Of a DNA stretch of 64,000 nucleotides, positions 18,864-32,256 are shown in pieces. The first letter of the stretch is position 1, and every line of letters begins with the position of its first letter. The translations under genes and the position numbers were made by a program. Source of the stretch: an uncultured Thermoleophilia bacterium (GTDB taxonomy: Bacteria > Actinomycetota > Thermoleophilia > UBA2241); contig CAVPQD010000026.1 of the NCBI GenBank assembly GCA_963707335.1, positions 9,738 through 73,737 on the forward strand. The letters are read 5' to 3'. The notes below the pieces were generated by a model. The model saw nothing but the letters and a program-made list of their open reading frames with translations, was not told the DNA's origin and did no database searches.

Positions 18864-19772
18864 GTGAGCCGATCGCCGGAAGCAGGCCATCACGAGCTTG
18901 GGCAGAGCCGCCGCGCCGCGGGCACGGCGGCTCTGCTGGTGATCGTCATCGGTCTGTCGATGCAGACCGGCTCGGCGGTGGCGGTGAAGGTCATCGGCTC
19001 GGTCGGCATCGTCGAGGCGCTGTGGCTGCGCACCGCCATCGCCGCGCTGGTCCTCATCGCCGTGCGGCCGCGATCGTTGCGCCTGCCGGAGCGCGGCGAC
19101 CGCCTGGCGGTCGCCGCGCTCACCTTGGCGCTGCTCGGGATGAACCTCAGCTTCTACGGCGCCATCAGCAACGCGCCTGTCGGCCTGGTCGTGGCGATCG
19201 AGTTCACCGGGCCGCTGGCCGTGGCGATCATCGGCACGCGGCGACGGGTGGACGTTCTGTGGATCGCCTTGGCCGGCGTGGGCGTCACGCTGCTCGCCGG
19301 CCCGAGCAGCACCGTCAGCGGCCTCGGACTGGCGCTGTCGCTCACCGCGGCCGCGTTCTGGGCCGCGTACTTGCTGCTCGCCAAGCGGGCCGTTCGCGGC
19401 CACGACCCCTTGGGCGTCACGACGCTCATGCTGGCGGGCTCCGCCGCGCTCCTCACGCCGTTGCTGCTGGTCACGGGCGTGAAGGCGGCGGGGCACGGCC
19501 AGACGATAGCGCTGGGCGCGCTTGTGGCCGTGCTGTCGTCCGCCTTCCCGTTCTTCCTGGAGCTGGTCGCGCTTCGCCTTGTCCGCGCGTCCACCTACGG
19601 TGTGCTGCTGAGCATTGAGCCGGCGGTCGCCGCGCTGGCTGGCTACGTCGTGCTCTCCCAGCGCCTGACGGCGGTCGAGGTGGCGGCCATGGCCGCCGTC
19701 ATGGCCGCCGCCGCCGGCGCCAGCTGGACGGCCGGCGCCGGCGGCCCCGGACTGGACGCGCCGGCCGTCTGA
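18864..19772 (+). CDS. EamA/DMT-family transporter (RhtA-like)
   Basis: About ten predicted TM helices in two EamA-like halves (NLSFYGAISNAPVGLVVAIEFTGP). Confidence 0.8.
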   Translation: MSRSPEAGHHELGQSRRAAGTAALLVIVIGLSMQTGSAVAVKVIGSVGIVEALWLRTAIAALVLIAVRPRSLRLPERGDRLAVAALTLALLGMNLSFYGAISNAPVGLVVAIEFTGPLAVAIIGTRRRVDVLWIALAGVGVTLLAGPSSTVSGLGLALSLTAAAFWAAYLLLAKRAVRGHDPLGVTTLMLAGSAALLTPLLLVTGVKAAGHGQTIALGALVAVLSSAFPFFLELVALRLVRASTYGVLLSIEPAVAALAGYVVLSQRLTAVEVAAMAAVMAAAAGASWTAGAGGPGLDAPAV

Positions 19773-19886
19773 CCGCGTCGCCGTCCGGCGCCGGCCCGCG
19801 TCCGTCCCGGGGGATGCGCAACGCCGCGTCGCGGCTCCCACCGGGTATGCAGAGGTCATCCACGTCGGTGAGGGGAGTGATGAGTC

Positions 19887-20084
19887 ATGTTGTGCAGCCT
19901 GGCCACCAGGATGGCGGACAATGAGCTCGGCGAGGTCAAGGCTCTAGAGCAGGAGATCGGCGCCACCGTGCTCGCGTTCTCGTGCATGCCCATCGACCCG
20001 GCGGAGCTGGACGATGCCAAGCTCGGCAGGATCAAGGAGCTCGAAGGCAAGCTCGGCGTCTCGCTGGTGGCGGTGAGGTCCTAG
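19887..20084 (+). CDS. Small hypothetical protein (65 aa) with an internal duplication
   Basis: GGGGAG lies 9 nt upstream. High GC3. ELGEVKALEQEIGATVLAF and KLGRIKELEGKLGVSLVAV are two copies of one motif. Confidence 0.5.
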   Translation: MLCSLATRMADNELGEVKALEQEIGATVLAFSCMPIDPAELDDAKLGRIKELEGKLGVSLVAVRS

Positions 20085-20146
20085 CAGCCCGGGTCCATCC
20101 GCGGGTAGTACGGCACAGCGCCACGCCACGATGCAGGCACATCGCT

Positions 20147-20554
20147 TCAGTCCGTCGAGCCGACGTGCCTAGCGGCCCGCACGATCGTGACGCTGCCGCG
20201 AAACACCGCCAGCTCGTCGCTGACCTGGCGCACGATCTCAAGGCCGCGCCCGCCGTCGCCTGTCGCGACCGGCCGCAGTCTCAGGATGTCTTCCGGAGGC
20301 ATGTCGGAGCCCGCGTCGGTGACCGTGATGGCGATCCGCTCGGGGGTCACCAGCACGTGCAGCCAGACCGGTGCCCGGCCGCGACCGAACTTGATGGCAT
20401 TCGTCACGAGCTCGCTGGTAGCGAGCAGCATCTCCTCGACCACGTCGCCATTGCCGACATGGTCGAGGAGAAACTGGCGCGCGAGCTGCCGGGCGTTCGC
20501 CGCCGACTCGGGAGTCGCCGGCAGCTGCCGGCACAGCACATGTCGCCCTGCCAT
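20147..20554 (-). CDS. RsbW/SpoIIAB-like anti-sigma-factor serine kinase (HATPase_c_2)
   Basis: N-box ATSELVTNAIKFG, TDAGSDMPP and G-box GGRGLEIV. The start could be 20554 (ATG) or 20593 (GTG). Confidence 0.75.
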   Translation of the reverse strand: MAGRHVLCRQLPATPESAANARQLARQFLLDHVGNGDVVEEMLLATSELVTNAIKFGRGRAPVWLHVLVTPERIAITVTDAGSDMPPEDILRLRPVATGDGGRGLEIVRQVSDELAVFRGSVTIVRAARHVGSTD

Positions 20555-20719
20555 GTCGTGACGTTGCCTGCCGGGCTGAAGGTCTGCGTCCACACCACCT
20601 GATACCCAGAAGGCTATCTCTCACGCTCGGCCTCGTTACGGTACACGTGCACTCATAGATGGACACCGTGGAAGAATCACGAGGGAGGCGTGGGGCTTCA
20701 AGAGCGAGGCGGGGAAACG

Positions 20720-23534
<2,815 letters not shown>

Positions 23535-23934
23535 AGGCTCCCTCATGTCTGACGAGCAACTTCCCCAGGCGGCGATGGCTGAGACGAGCCAGGGGACCGT
23601 GGTGGTGAAGGCCTCTGTGGGGCTGAGACCGTTTCCGGGGGACGTGGACGTGCGGGCGCTCGTCGCGGCGCCGCTGATCGTGCGCGAGGCGACGCTAGGC
23701 GTTCTGCTGTTCACGTGGAAGGATCACGACCAGCCCGACGAGGCCGAGGTGGATCACGCATCGAAGGTCGCGGCACTCCTGGCGCTTGCACTCGCCGCGA
23801 CCGACGGCTGACTCCGCAGTCCTCCTTGGTTTGGAGATGGGACGATTGCGGAGAGGATGCGCCAGGGGAGCTTTTCGAGCTGTGAAACTGATCGCCGCAC
23901 ATCACAGCGTGGGTATGCGCGTCCTTCGAGGTAC

Positions 23935-26900
23935 ATGTCGAACATGACGCCGACGAGCCGCGTGCCGCGCTTGCGCTTCCAGCTGCCGCTCGACGCGGCG
24001 CGCCTCATGCGCGCACGCGAGCGCGTGCGCGACTACTTGCGCGCGCTCTGCTCCGACGAAGAGCTTGTCGACGACGTCGTGCTCTGCGTCGAGGAGGCCT
24101 GCACCAACGCCATCCGCCACAGCCAGGCGAGCGAGGTCATGGACGTATCGCTCGCCCTCGACGACGGATCCTTGATCGCCGATGTGCGCGACCGCGGGCG
24201 CGGTTTCGACGTGGCCGCCTTCGACGGCTACGCTACACCCGACCTGATGGCGGACGGCGGGCGCGGGCTGTTCCTCATGGCCAGTCTCATGGACGAGCTG
24301 AGCCTGCGGGTGGACGACGGCCTCCACGTGCACATGGTCAGGCGCGACGTCGCCGGGAGCTGCCCCGCGCTCCTCGTCGACCCCGGGATCACTCACGCAG
24401 AGGTGGCCGACCCGCTCCAGGCGCGCCTTCGGGCGCTATTGGAGGAGCTCGACGAGGCCTTCATCGCGCTGGACTGGGAGTACCGCGTGGCGCACGCCAA
24501 TGAGGCTGCCACCCGGCTGATCGGGATGCCGCTCGACGGGTTGCTGAGACGCACGCCGTCCGAGTTCTGGCCGGCGTTCGGCGATGGTGACGTGGCGGCC
24601 AGCCTGCGGGACGCCATGGAGCTCGGCGCCTCATCGGTGTTCGACTGGCACGCAGAGGATGGCCGCTGGCTCGAGCTGCGGTTCTATCCCACCACTGCGG
24701 GCGTGAGCGCCTACATTCGCGACATCGAGGAGCGAAAGCGGGCGGAGCTCGCGGGCCAGCACCTGGTGGACGAGCTCCGTCGCAGTGAAGAGCGCTTCCG
24801 CGCCACCTTCGAACAGGCGGCAGTGGGAGTCGTACATTTCACGCTCGACGGCCACTACGAGCGAGTCAATGAGCGGTTCTGCGATCTCGTCGGCTATGGC
24901 AGCGACGAACTGGAACGCATGACGTTCCGCGACATCACCCATCGCCTGGACGTGGCCCGTGAGCAGCACTATCTCGATGCGCTGACGAGCGGCCTCGGCA
25001 CGAGCTACGCGTTCGAGAAGCGTTACGTGCGCAGGGACGGCAGCCTACTGTGGGCGTCGGTGACGATCTCCCTCGTCCATGATCATGCGGGCTCGCCGGA
25101 ATACGTCGTCGCGGTCGTCCAGGACGTGAGCGATCAGAAGCGTGCCGCCGAGGTGGCGCGGCGCTATGAGCTGCTCTCGGACCAGGCGCGCGACATCATG
25201 CTCTTCGTGCGGGAGCGCGACGGCGCCATCATCGAGGCGAACCGCGCCGCCGAGAAAGCCTACGGCTACTCGCGGCAGGACTTGCTCGGGCTCACGATCT
25301 TCGACCTGCGCGCCGACGGGCGTTCCCCCGTTGTGCGGCGGCAGATGGCGGCGGCGTCACAACGAGGCGTCCTCTTCGAGACCATGCACCGCCGCAGCGA
25401 CGGCAGCACCTTTCCCGTGGAGGTGAGCTCGCGGGGTGCGGTCTCGCCGGACGGTGAGCTGCTGCTGCTCAGCGTGGTGCGCGACGTGAGCGAGCGCCAG
25501 GAGCTGGTGGAGGCGTTCGCCAAGGAGCGGGACACACTCGCCGCGGTGATGGCCAACACCAACGCCCAGGTCGCCTACCTTGACGACGAGTTCCGCTTCG
25601 TCCTCGTCAACGAAGCCTTCGCGAAGGGCAGCGCAGTGGAGGGCGCCCTCCTCATCGGGCGCCGAGCCGTGGACGCCCTCGCGCCGGAGAGCAGCGCACT
25701 CTTCGAGCAGGTCCGACGCACGGGGGAGCCGGCAGAACAGACGGGGATGCCGCACGACTTCGCGGACCAGCCCGAGCGCGGCACCACCTACTGGGACTGG
25801 CGCCTTGCGCCGGTAGTCGGCGAGTCGGGGGCGCCGCGAGGGTTCGTGCTCTCCCGCGCCGACGTGACTGAGCGGGTGCGGAGCGGCATCTACGCCGAGG
25901 GCCTCAGCCACGTTCTGGAGGGCCTCGGCGAGACCCGCGACCCGGACCAGCTGGCGCGCGTCATGGCCGAGGGCGTGTGCCGCGTGCTGGGCGCGGACCT
26001 GTGGGGCATCTTCGAGTACGACGGTGAGGACACGTGGACGGGCCTGCAGTTCGACGACCAGGTGCGTCCCCTCAGGGACAGGAGCCTCAGCGCCGACGAG
26101 TCGCCGTATGGCATGGAGGCTTACCGTACCGGCAAGGTCGTCGCCGTCGAAGACTGCGCCAGCGATCCCCTGGGCCGCTCCCTCGTCTCACGCGAGATCG
26201 GCATCGATTCCGTCATCGTCGCGCCGCTCGCCGTCGAGCAGGGCCCGTTCATGGCGGTGTTCTTCTCGTGGCGCGGCCGCAAGAGAGTCTTCATCCAGGC
26301 GGAGATCGACTTCGTGACCCGCGCGGCCACGACCACCACCGCCGCCATGAACGACGCGCGGCTCTACCAGGAGCTGTCGGAGCGCGAGCGCTTCGCCGCG
26401 GCGCTCAACGAGATCAGCGCCGCCATCACCTCGCTGCTCGACTACGACGAGATCCTGACACGCGTCGTGGGCCGGGCGGCGGCGGCGCTCGGGGCTGAGT
26501 CGAGCGCCGTCAGCATGCTCGAGGACGACGCGTGGGTCCCACGGTACGTCCACGCCGCAACGGAGGACGTGCTGGGCAGGCCCATCCCGCGCGAGCGCGT
26601 AGGCTACGCCAACCTCGGCGTGCAGACGAAGCAGGTGGTCGCCGTGGACGACTGCGCGACCGACCCGCGCACTGATCATGAGCTGCAGCGCATGTGGGGC
26701 GTGAAGGCCGTCATGATGGCGCCCCTCATCGTCCGCGACGACGTCATCGGCGGTATCTTCTTCAACCACCACAGCGGCCCGCATGCGTTCTCGGCTCTCG
26801 AGGTGCAGTTCACGGCCAACGTGGCGGCTCTCATCTCCGGCGCCCTCGAGACGGCGCGCCTCTACGAAGGCGAGCGCCATGTGGCGACGACGTTGCAGGA

Positions 26901-27595
26901 GGCGTTCATCCATCCGCTGCCCGACGTCCCCGGCCTGGAGTTCGCGGTCACGGCCCAGCGCGCCTACGAGCCGGACCTCGTGGGCGGCGATTTCTACGAC
27001 GCCTTCGACCTTGGGGACGGCCGCGCTGCGGTGCTCGTCGGCGACGTGGAGGGCAAGGGGGTGCGCGCCGCCGGGCTCACCGAGACGGTGCGCAGCGCCG
27101 TCCGCGCTCTCGCCTTGGTGGACGCGTCGCCCGGCTTCATCCTCGGCAAGACCAACGAGCTGCTGTTGCGGCGCGGCAGCGGCCAGTTCGTCACCGTCGC
27201 CCTGCTCGTGGTGGAGGCCGCGACCGGTGAGGCCGTGTACGCGAGTGCGGGGCATCCGCCGGCCCTGGTGCTCTCGGCGACGTCGTGCGCCGAGCTCGCG
27301 CCCGGCGCCGGCACGCCGCTGGGTGCCTTCGACGCGGAGTTCGCGGACACGCGCCTGCGGCTGCGCGCGGACGACGTGGTGCTGCTCTACACGGACGGTC
27401 TCACCGAGATGCGCCGCGACGGCGAGCTAGTTCGGCGTCGAGCGCGCCGTCGCGCAGGCCTGCCGGCTCGCCGGGGGGTCGCTCGACGAGCTCGTCGGCG
27501 GGTTGCGCGACGCCGCCGTGGAGTTCGGGGGCGTGGTGCGTGACGACATGCAGATCCTCGCCTTCCGCCTGCGCCGGGCCGGCCGCAAGAGCTGA
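23935..27595 (+). CDS. Multidomain sensor: N-terminal RsbW-like HATPase_c_2, several PAS, two GAF, C-terminal PP2C/SpoIIE phosphatase; frame break near 27429
   Basis: VEEACTNAIRHS...GGRGLFLMASLMDE; PAS segments (NERFCDLVGYGSDEL, RRDGSLLW, HRRSDGSTFPVEV); GGDFYD...GDVEGKG...YTDGLTE. After RRDGEL the +1 frame gives FGVERAVAQACRLAGGSLDELV...DDMQILAFRL* (stop at 27595). Confidence 0.85.
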
Positions 27596-27668
27596 GCCCG
27601 GCGCCCCACGAGCGAACGCTGCGCCCGCCGCGCGGTGTTCGCGATGGAGTCGGGGTGGCTCGACACGA

Positions 27669-27674
27669 TAGGAT
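27669..27674 (+). promoter_or_regulatory. -10-like TAGGAT, 6 nt before the ATG at 27681
   Basis: TANNNT with no SD in the gap. Confidence 0.4.
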
Positions 27675-27680
27675 GCGCCC

Positions 27681-28649
27681 ATGAACGCGATCCGCAGGCA
27701 CGTCGCACGGAGGACGACCGGCGTCGTCTTGGCCACGGCGGCCACGGCGACACTCCTGGCGGCGGCCGTATCGCTGCTCCTCGCCGCCGCGGCGCCGGCC
27801 TCATTGGCACGCTCCGCGTTCGGCGCCGAGCGCCCGCCGGGCGCGGCAGCGGCCGCGCGAGTGGCGCCCGTCGGCGATGTGATGCACATCAAGGAGACGC
27901 AGGCCTACCTCGGCGGCCTCACCCAGCCTATCTCGCCGCCGCTCGTCTACTACATCGGCGATTCCACAGCCAGGGAGTCGATCGTCAGCGAGGTAAAGCT
28001 GAGGGACAAGGTCCTGGCGCTTGGCGGCCCGGAGATCCAGCCCTACGTGCTGGCCTCGAGGAACCAGACCTTCCCTCTGGACCGGGTGATCGCGGACGGT
28101 CTGCCCGACGAGCCGGCGCTGGTGCTCATCTCCGTCGCCCTGAGCCGCTTCACCAATCCGCCGGCATCGAACCCGACTCTGGGCGAGCCGCTTGACCCCA
28201 TCGCGTCGATGAGCCCGTGGCATCAGCATCTCTACTCGACCGCGGACATGCTCACCGTCGCCGAGAAGCGCGCCAAGGTGCAGCACTGGCTGGCCAAGCG
28301 CTACCCCTTGTTCAAGAAGAACGAGCCCGCCGAAATACGGCGCCTGAAGGTGTTGGTCACTGAGTGCAAACAGCGCGGCTGGCGGGTGGCGCTCGTGGAG
28401 CTGCCCGTGAACAAGGCGATCATCGGTGCCAAGTTCGACAAGCCCATCGCCAAGTATCGTGCCGACTGCGCGACGCTCGCTCGCGATGCCGACATCCCCT
28501 TCCTCCGGTTCACCAAGGTCGTCGCCGAAGGCAACGCGAACTTCTACGACATCATCCACCTCGTCGGCAACAGCTCGACGGGTGGCCGCGGCAAGTGGCA
28601 GGCCCGGCTCGCCGCCGAGGTGGTCAAGCTGCTCGCTCAGCCGCAGTAG
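27681..28649 (+). CDS. Secreted or anchored SGNH/GDSL-like hydrolase family protein (hypothetical)
   Basis: N-terminal signal/TM segment (VVLATAATATLLAAAVSLLLAAAAPA). Block I YYIGDSTARE. C-terminal DxxH (YDIIHL). Confidence 0.55.
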   Translation: MNAIRRHVARRTTGVVLATAATATLLAAAVSLLLAAAAPASLARSAFGAERPPGAAAAARVAPVGDVMHIKETQAYLGGLTQPISPPLVYYIGDSTARESIVSEVKLRDKVLALGGPEIQPYVLASRNQTFPLDRVIADGLPDEPALVLISVALSRFTNPPASNPTLGEPLDPIASMSPWHQHLYSTADMLTVAEKRAKVQHWLAKRYPLFKKNEPAEIRRLKVLVTECKQRGWRVALVELPVNKAIIGAKFDKPIAKYRADCATLARDADIPFLRFTKVVAEGNANFYDIIHLVGNSSTGGRGKWQARLAAEVVKLLAQPQ

Positions 28650-28696
28650 CGCCGGATCTGGCCGCCGGGGACGAAGCGCCCGCGCGGTCCGGCCGG

Positions 28697-29272
28697 TCAG
28701 GCCACGGTCCGCACTTCGTGCAGCTCGTGCCGGCCCTCGGCGAACTCCTCGACGATCTTCGCGCAGAACGCCGGCAGGTCGTCGGGGTTGCGGCTCGAGA
28801 CGAGCCCGTGGTCGTTGTGGACCTCCTCGTCCACCCACGTGCCGCCGGCGTTGCGGATGTCGGTGCGCAGGGTGAGGTAGGAGGTCATCGTGCGGCCTTT
28901 CACCATGCCGGTCTCCACCAGTATCCAGCCGCCGTGGCAGATGACGCCCACGGGCAGGCCGCGCTCGAAGAAGGAGCGCACGAACTCCTGCGAGGGCTCA
29001 TCGATCCTCAGCTTGTCGCCGTTGCGTACGCCGCCCGGCAGCACCAGCCCGTCGTACTCGTTGGGATCGACGCCCGAGACCATCCCGTCCACCTTGAGCA
29101 TGCGGCTCTTGTCGATGTGGTCCATGGCCTGGATCTCGCCCGGCCTCGGTGAAAGCAACTGCACCGTCGCGCCTGCCTCCTCCAGCGCCCTGCGCGGCTC
29201 CGTGAGCTCCACTTCTTCGACGCCGTCCGTCGCGAGGATCGCGATCCTCTTGCCTTTGAGCTTCTCGCCCAT
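28697..29272 (-). CDS. DJ-1/PfpI family (type 1 glutamine amidotransferase-like) protein
   Basis: KRIAILATDGVEEVEL, DGLVLPGG and nucleophile elbow VGVICHGGW. AGGAGG lies 10 nt before the ATG at 29272. Confidence 0.85.
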   Translation of the reverse strand: MGEKLKGKRIAILATDGVEEVELTEPRRALEEAGATVQLLSPRPGEIQAMDHIDKSRMLKVDGMVSGVDPNEYDGLVLPGGVRNGDKLRIDEPSQEFVRSFFERGLPVGVICHGGWILVETGMVKGRTMTSYLTLRTDIRNAGGTWVDEEVHNDHGLVSSRNPDDLPAFCAKIVEEFAEGRHELHEVRTVA

Positions 29273-29368
29273 ACGACCGAGCCTCCTGAGGTCGGGGTTC
29301 ATCACACCCAAGGGCTACCCCGACCCGGAGACGACAAACGGTGAGAGAGCGATACTGAAGGCGAGGAG

Positions 29369-29397
29369 GAGCGGCGGGTGCCTGGCACCCGCCGCTC
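29369..29397 (-). terminator. Terminator hairpin immediately after ligD
   Basis: 12-bp stem gagcggcgggtg / cacccgccgctc with loop cctgg. It starts 2 nt after the stop. Confidence 0.6.
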
Positions 29398-29398
29398 G

Positions 29399-32240
29399 TC
29401 ACCTCGGCTCGCCCTTCGCCGGCGTGAGACCGGCTGAACGAAGCATGTCGTCGGTGATCGACTGGGACACGTCCGCGTAGCCGGCCCAGGGGTCGTCGTC
29501 CAGGCCGGCCAGGCGGCGCCGCATGTTGGCGGCCGTGTAGCGGTCGGCGCGCAGGCGCGGCGTGAGCTCGTCCCAGCGGAGTGGCGCCGACACGGGCGCG
29601 CCGGGGCGGCGCCGCGTGGAATAGGCGGTCACATACGTGGCGCCGCGCCCGTTGCGCAGGTAGTCCACGTAGATCCTGCCGGTGCGCTTCTTGAGCGACA
29701 TGTTGACGAGGTAGCGCGATGGGTCCAGGGTCTGCAGCGACTCGGCCAGCGCTTTGGTGAACGGCTTGACCTCGTCCCAGGTGCGCGTCGGCTGAAGGGG
29801 GGCCACGACGTGCAGGCCCTTGCCGCCGGTGGTCTTCACGAAGCTGCGCAGGCCGAGGCCCTCGAGCAGGTCGTGCATGAGCCGGGCGCCTTCGATGACG
29901 CGCGAAAACGGCAGTTCGGGGTCGGGATCGAAGTCGAAGACGATCTGGTCCGGGTGCTCGACCGTCTCGAGGTGCGAACCCCACACGTGGAACTCGAGGA
30001 CGCCGAGCTGCACCAGCGACAGCAGCCCTGCGGTCGAGTCGATCGCCAGGTAGGTGCCGGTCTGGCCGTTGTCCTCCTTGATCGGTACGCGCAGGATCGC
30101 GTCAGGGAACTGGTCGACGGCGTGTTTCTGGAAGAAGCACTGTTTCGTGTGGCCCTCGGGGCAGCGCACGATGGTGAGCGGCCGGCGCGCGACATGGGGC
30201 AGCATCCACGGCGCGATGTCCTCGTAGTAGCGCGCCATCTCGAGCTTGGTGAGGCCCATGTCGGGATACATGACGCGGTCGGGGTTGGTGATGGCGACGT
30301 CGCCGACGACGACGGCGCCGGTCTTGGCGGGTCCGGTCCGCGTCTTCGCCGGCGCCGTGGTCCCGGCCGGCGCATCACGCTTGCCGGCTGGGCCGGCTGC
30401 GGCGCGCTCGGCCGAGCTCCCCGCGACGCCTGTGCTTTTCGGGGCCGCCTTCTTTGGCGCCCGCTTCTTCGGCGCCGTCTTGTCCGACGCGGCGGAGCCG
30501 TCGCCGTCCGGGACGTCGCCGATCGGGGCTTCGTCCGCCGGCGGCCGCAGAGCCTCCGGCGGCGTCGCGAACGGCTGCAACGCCTGGGGCTCGGCGCGCT
30601 CCGCCACCACGTCGTCGGCCGGCTTGTCGAGCCGCAACCCTTCGAAGGAGGGGTGGCGGAACATGCCCTTGTCCGTCCACGAGAGGTACTCGACCTCCGC
30701 CACGAGCGCCGGTCGCACCCAGCGCACGCCGCGCACCTCGCGGCCGCGCGGCGGGTCGACGAAGGCCGGCTCGTCCTGGACGAGCTCGTCGAGCCGGCCG
30801 CGCAGCTCCCGCATCGTGCGGTCGTCCCAGCCGGTGCCGACGCGCCCCGCGTAGCGCAGCGGGCCGCGGGGCTCCTCGCGGTAGCCCATGAGCAGCGCGC
30901 CGACGCCGCCCTCGGCGTCGGCGCGCTCCGTGAAGCCGCCGATCACGAACTCCTGGCGGTGCATGCACTTCACCTTGAGCCAGTCGCGGCCGCGGCCGGG
31001 CCGGTACGGCGCGTCCCGCCGCTTGGCGATCGAGCCCTCGAGCTGGAAGGAGCAGGTCTCGCGGAAGAACTCCTCGCCGCTGCCCTCCAGGTGGTCGACG
31101 TAGCGCACGCGCTCCGCCGGGGCGAAGCCCGACAGCAGCCGCCGCAAGGCGTCCTTGCGGGCGTGCAGCGGCGCCCGCGTCAGGTCGTAGCCGTCCAGGT
31201 AGAGCAGGTCGAAGACGTAGTAGACGACGCGGCCGTCGGGGTCGGTGCCGCTCTGCAGGGCGCTGGCCAGCTTGAGGAAGCTCGTGCGCCCGTCCTCCTT
31301 CAGGTAGACGACCTCTCCGTCGAGCACCGCCTGGCGCGCCGGCACGCGGCTCACAGGGTCCAGCAGCGTCGGGAAGTGGCTCGTCCAGTCCGCCCCGCGC
31401 CGCGTGAAGAGGCGCGCCGTGCCCTGCTCGAGCCTGAGTCATCACGCGGTAGCCGTCGAGCTTGATCTCGTGCAGCCAGTCCTCGCCCCGCGGCGCCTCG
31501 GCGACGAGCGTCGCCAGCTCCGGCTCGAGGCGCGCCGGAAGCGCGCCTCGCCGCGCACCCTCGATGCGCTTCGGGTCGGGCGGGCCGGGCTCATCCGCGT
31601 CGGCCGGCCCGGCGCCGCGTCCCGGCTGCTCGCCGTGACCGGTCCACACCCGGTCGGCGCCTGCGGCGATCTGCTCCATGGTACGGCCGGTCAGGGCGCT
31701 GTCGGTCGCCCGCGCCGTGATCGCCGCCTCCTCGCCGCTGCGCGCCTCGTCGTCGCGCTCCTTGAAGAGCAGCCAGTCGTCCTTGTCCTCCTCGTCCGGC
31801 CTGCCCTTGATACGGACGAGCATCCAGCCGCCGCGCAGCTTCTCGCCCTCCAGGCGGAACTTGAGCTTGCCCTCGCGATAGGCCCGCTGCGGATCGGCGG
31901 CGCTCTCCCGGTCGGGATACCAGCGGCCCCGGTCCCAGACCATGACCGTGCCGCCGCCGTACTCGCCCTTGGGGATGATGCCCTCGAAGTCGGCGTAGTC
32001 CAGCGGGTGGTCCTCGACGTGGACGGCGAGATGCTTGTCGTTCGGATCGAGGCTCGGGCCCTTCGGCACGGCCCAGCTCTTGAGCGTGCCGTCGAGCTCG
32101 AGCCTGACGTCGTAGTGCAGCCGCCTGGCCGCGTGCTTCTGGATGACGAAGAGGTTGCCGCCCGGGCTGGACTTGACGTCCGGTCCGGGCTCGGGTGTCT
32201 CGCTGAAGTCCCGTTTCTTGCGGTAGCGCTCCAGTGCCAT
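29399..32240 (-). pseudogene. ligD: ATP-dependent DNA ligase D (phosphoesterase, ligase, polymerase order), frame break near 31437
   Basis: PE domain FVIQKHAARRLHYDVRLE. Ligase KxDG in HEIKLDGYRVM | RLEQGTARLFTRRGADW (+1 frame). Pol domain VLEFHVWGS and VFDFDPD. Span is 3n+1. Confidence 0.9.
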
Positions 32241-32256
32241 GCACAGAGTATGCCCG

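Noticed and set aside
30420-30760. The Lys/Ala/Pro-rich segment inside ligD looked like a separate histone-like gene.
   Set aside because: It is in frame and continuous with both flanking LigD domains and has no start signals of its own.
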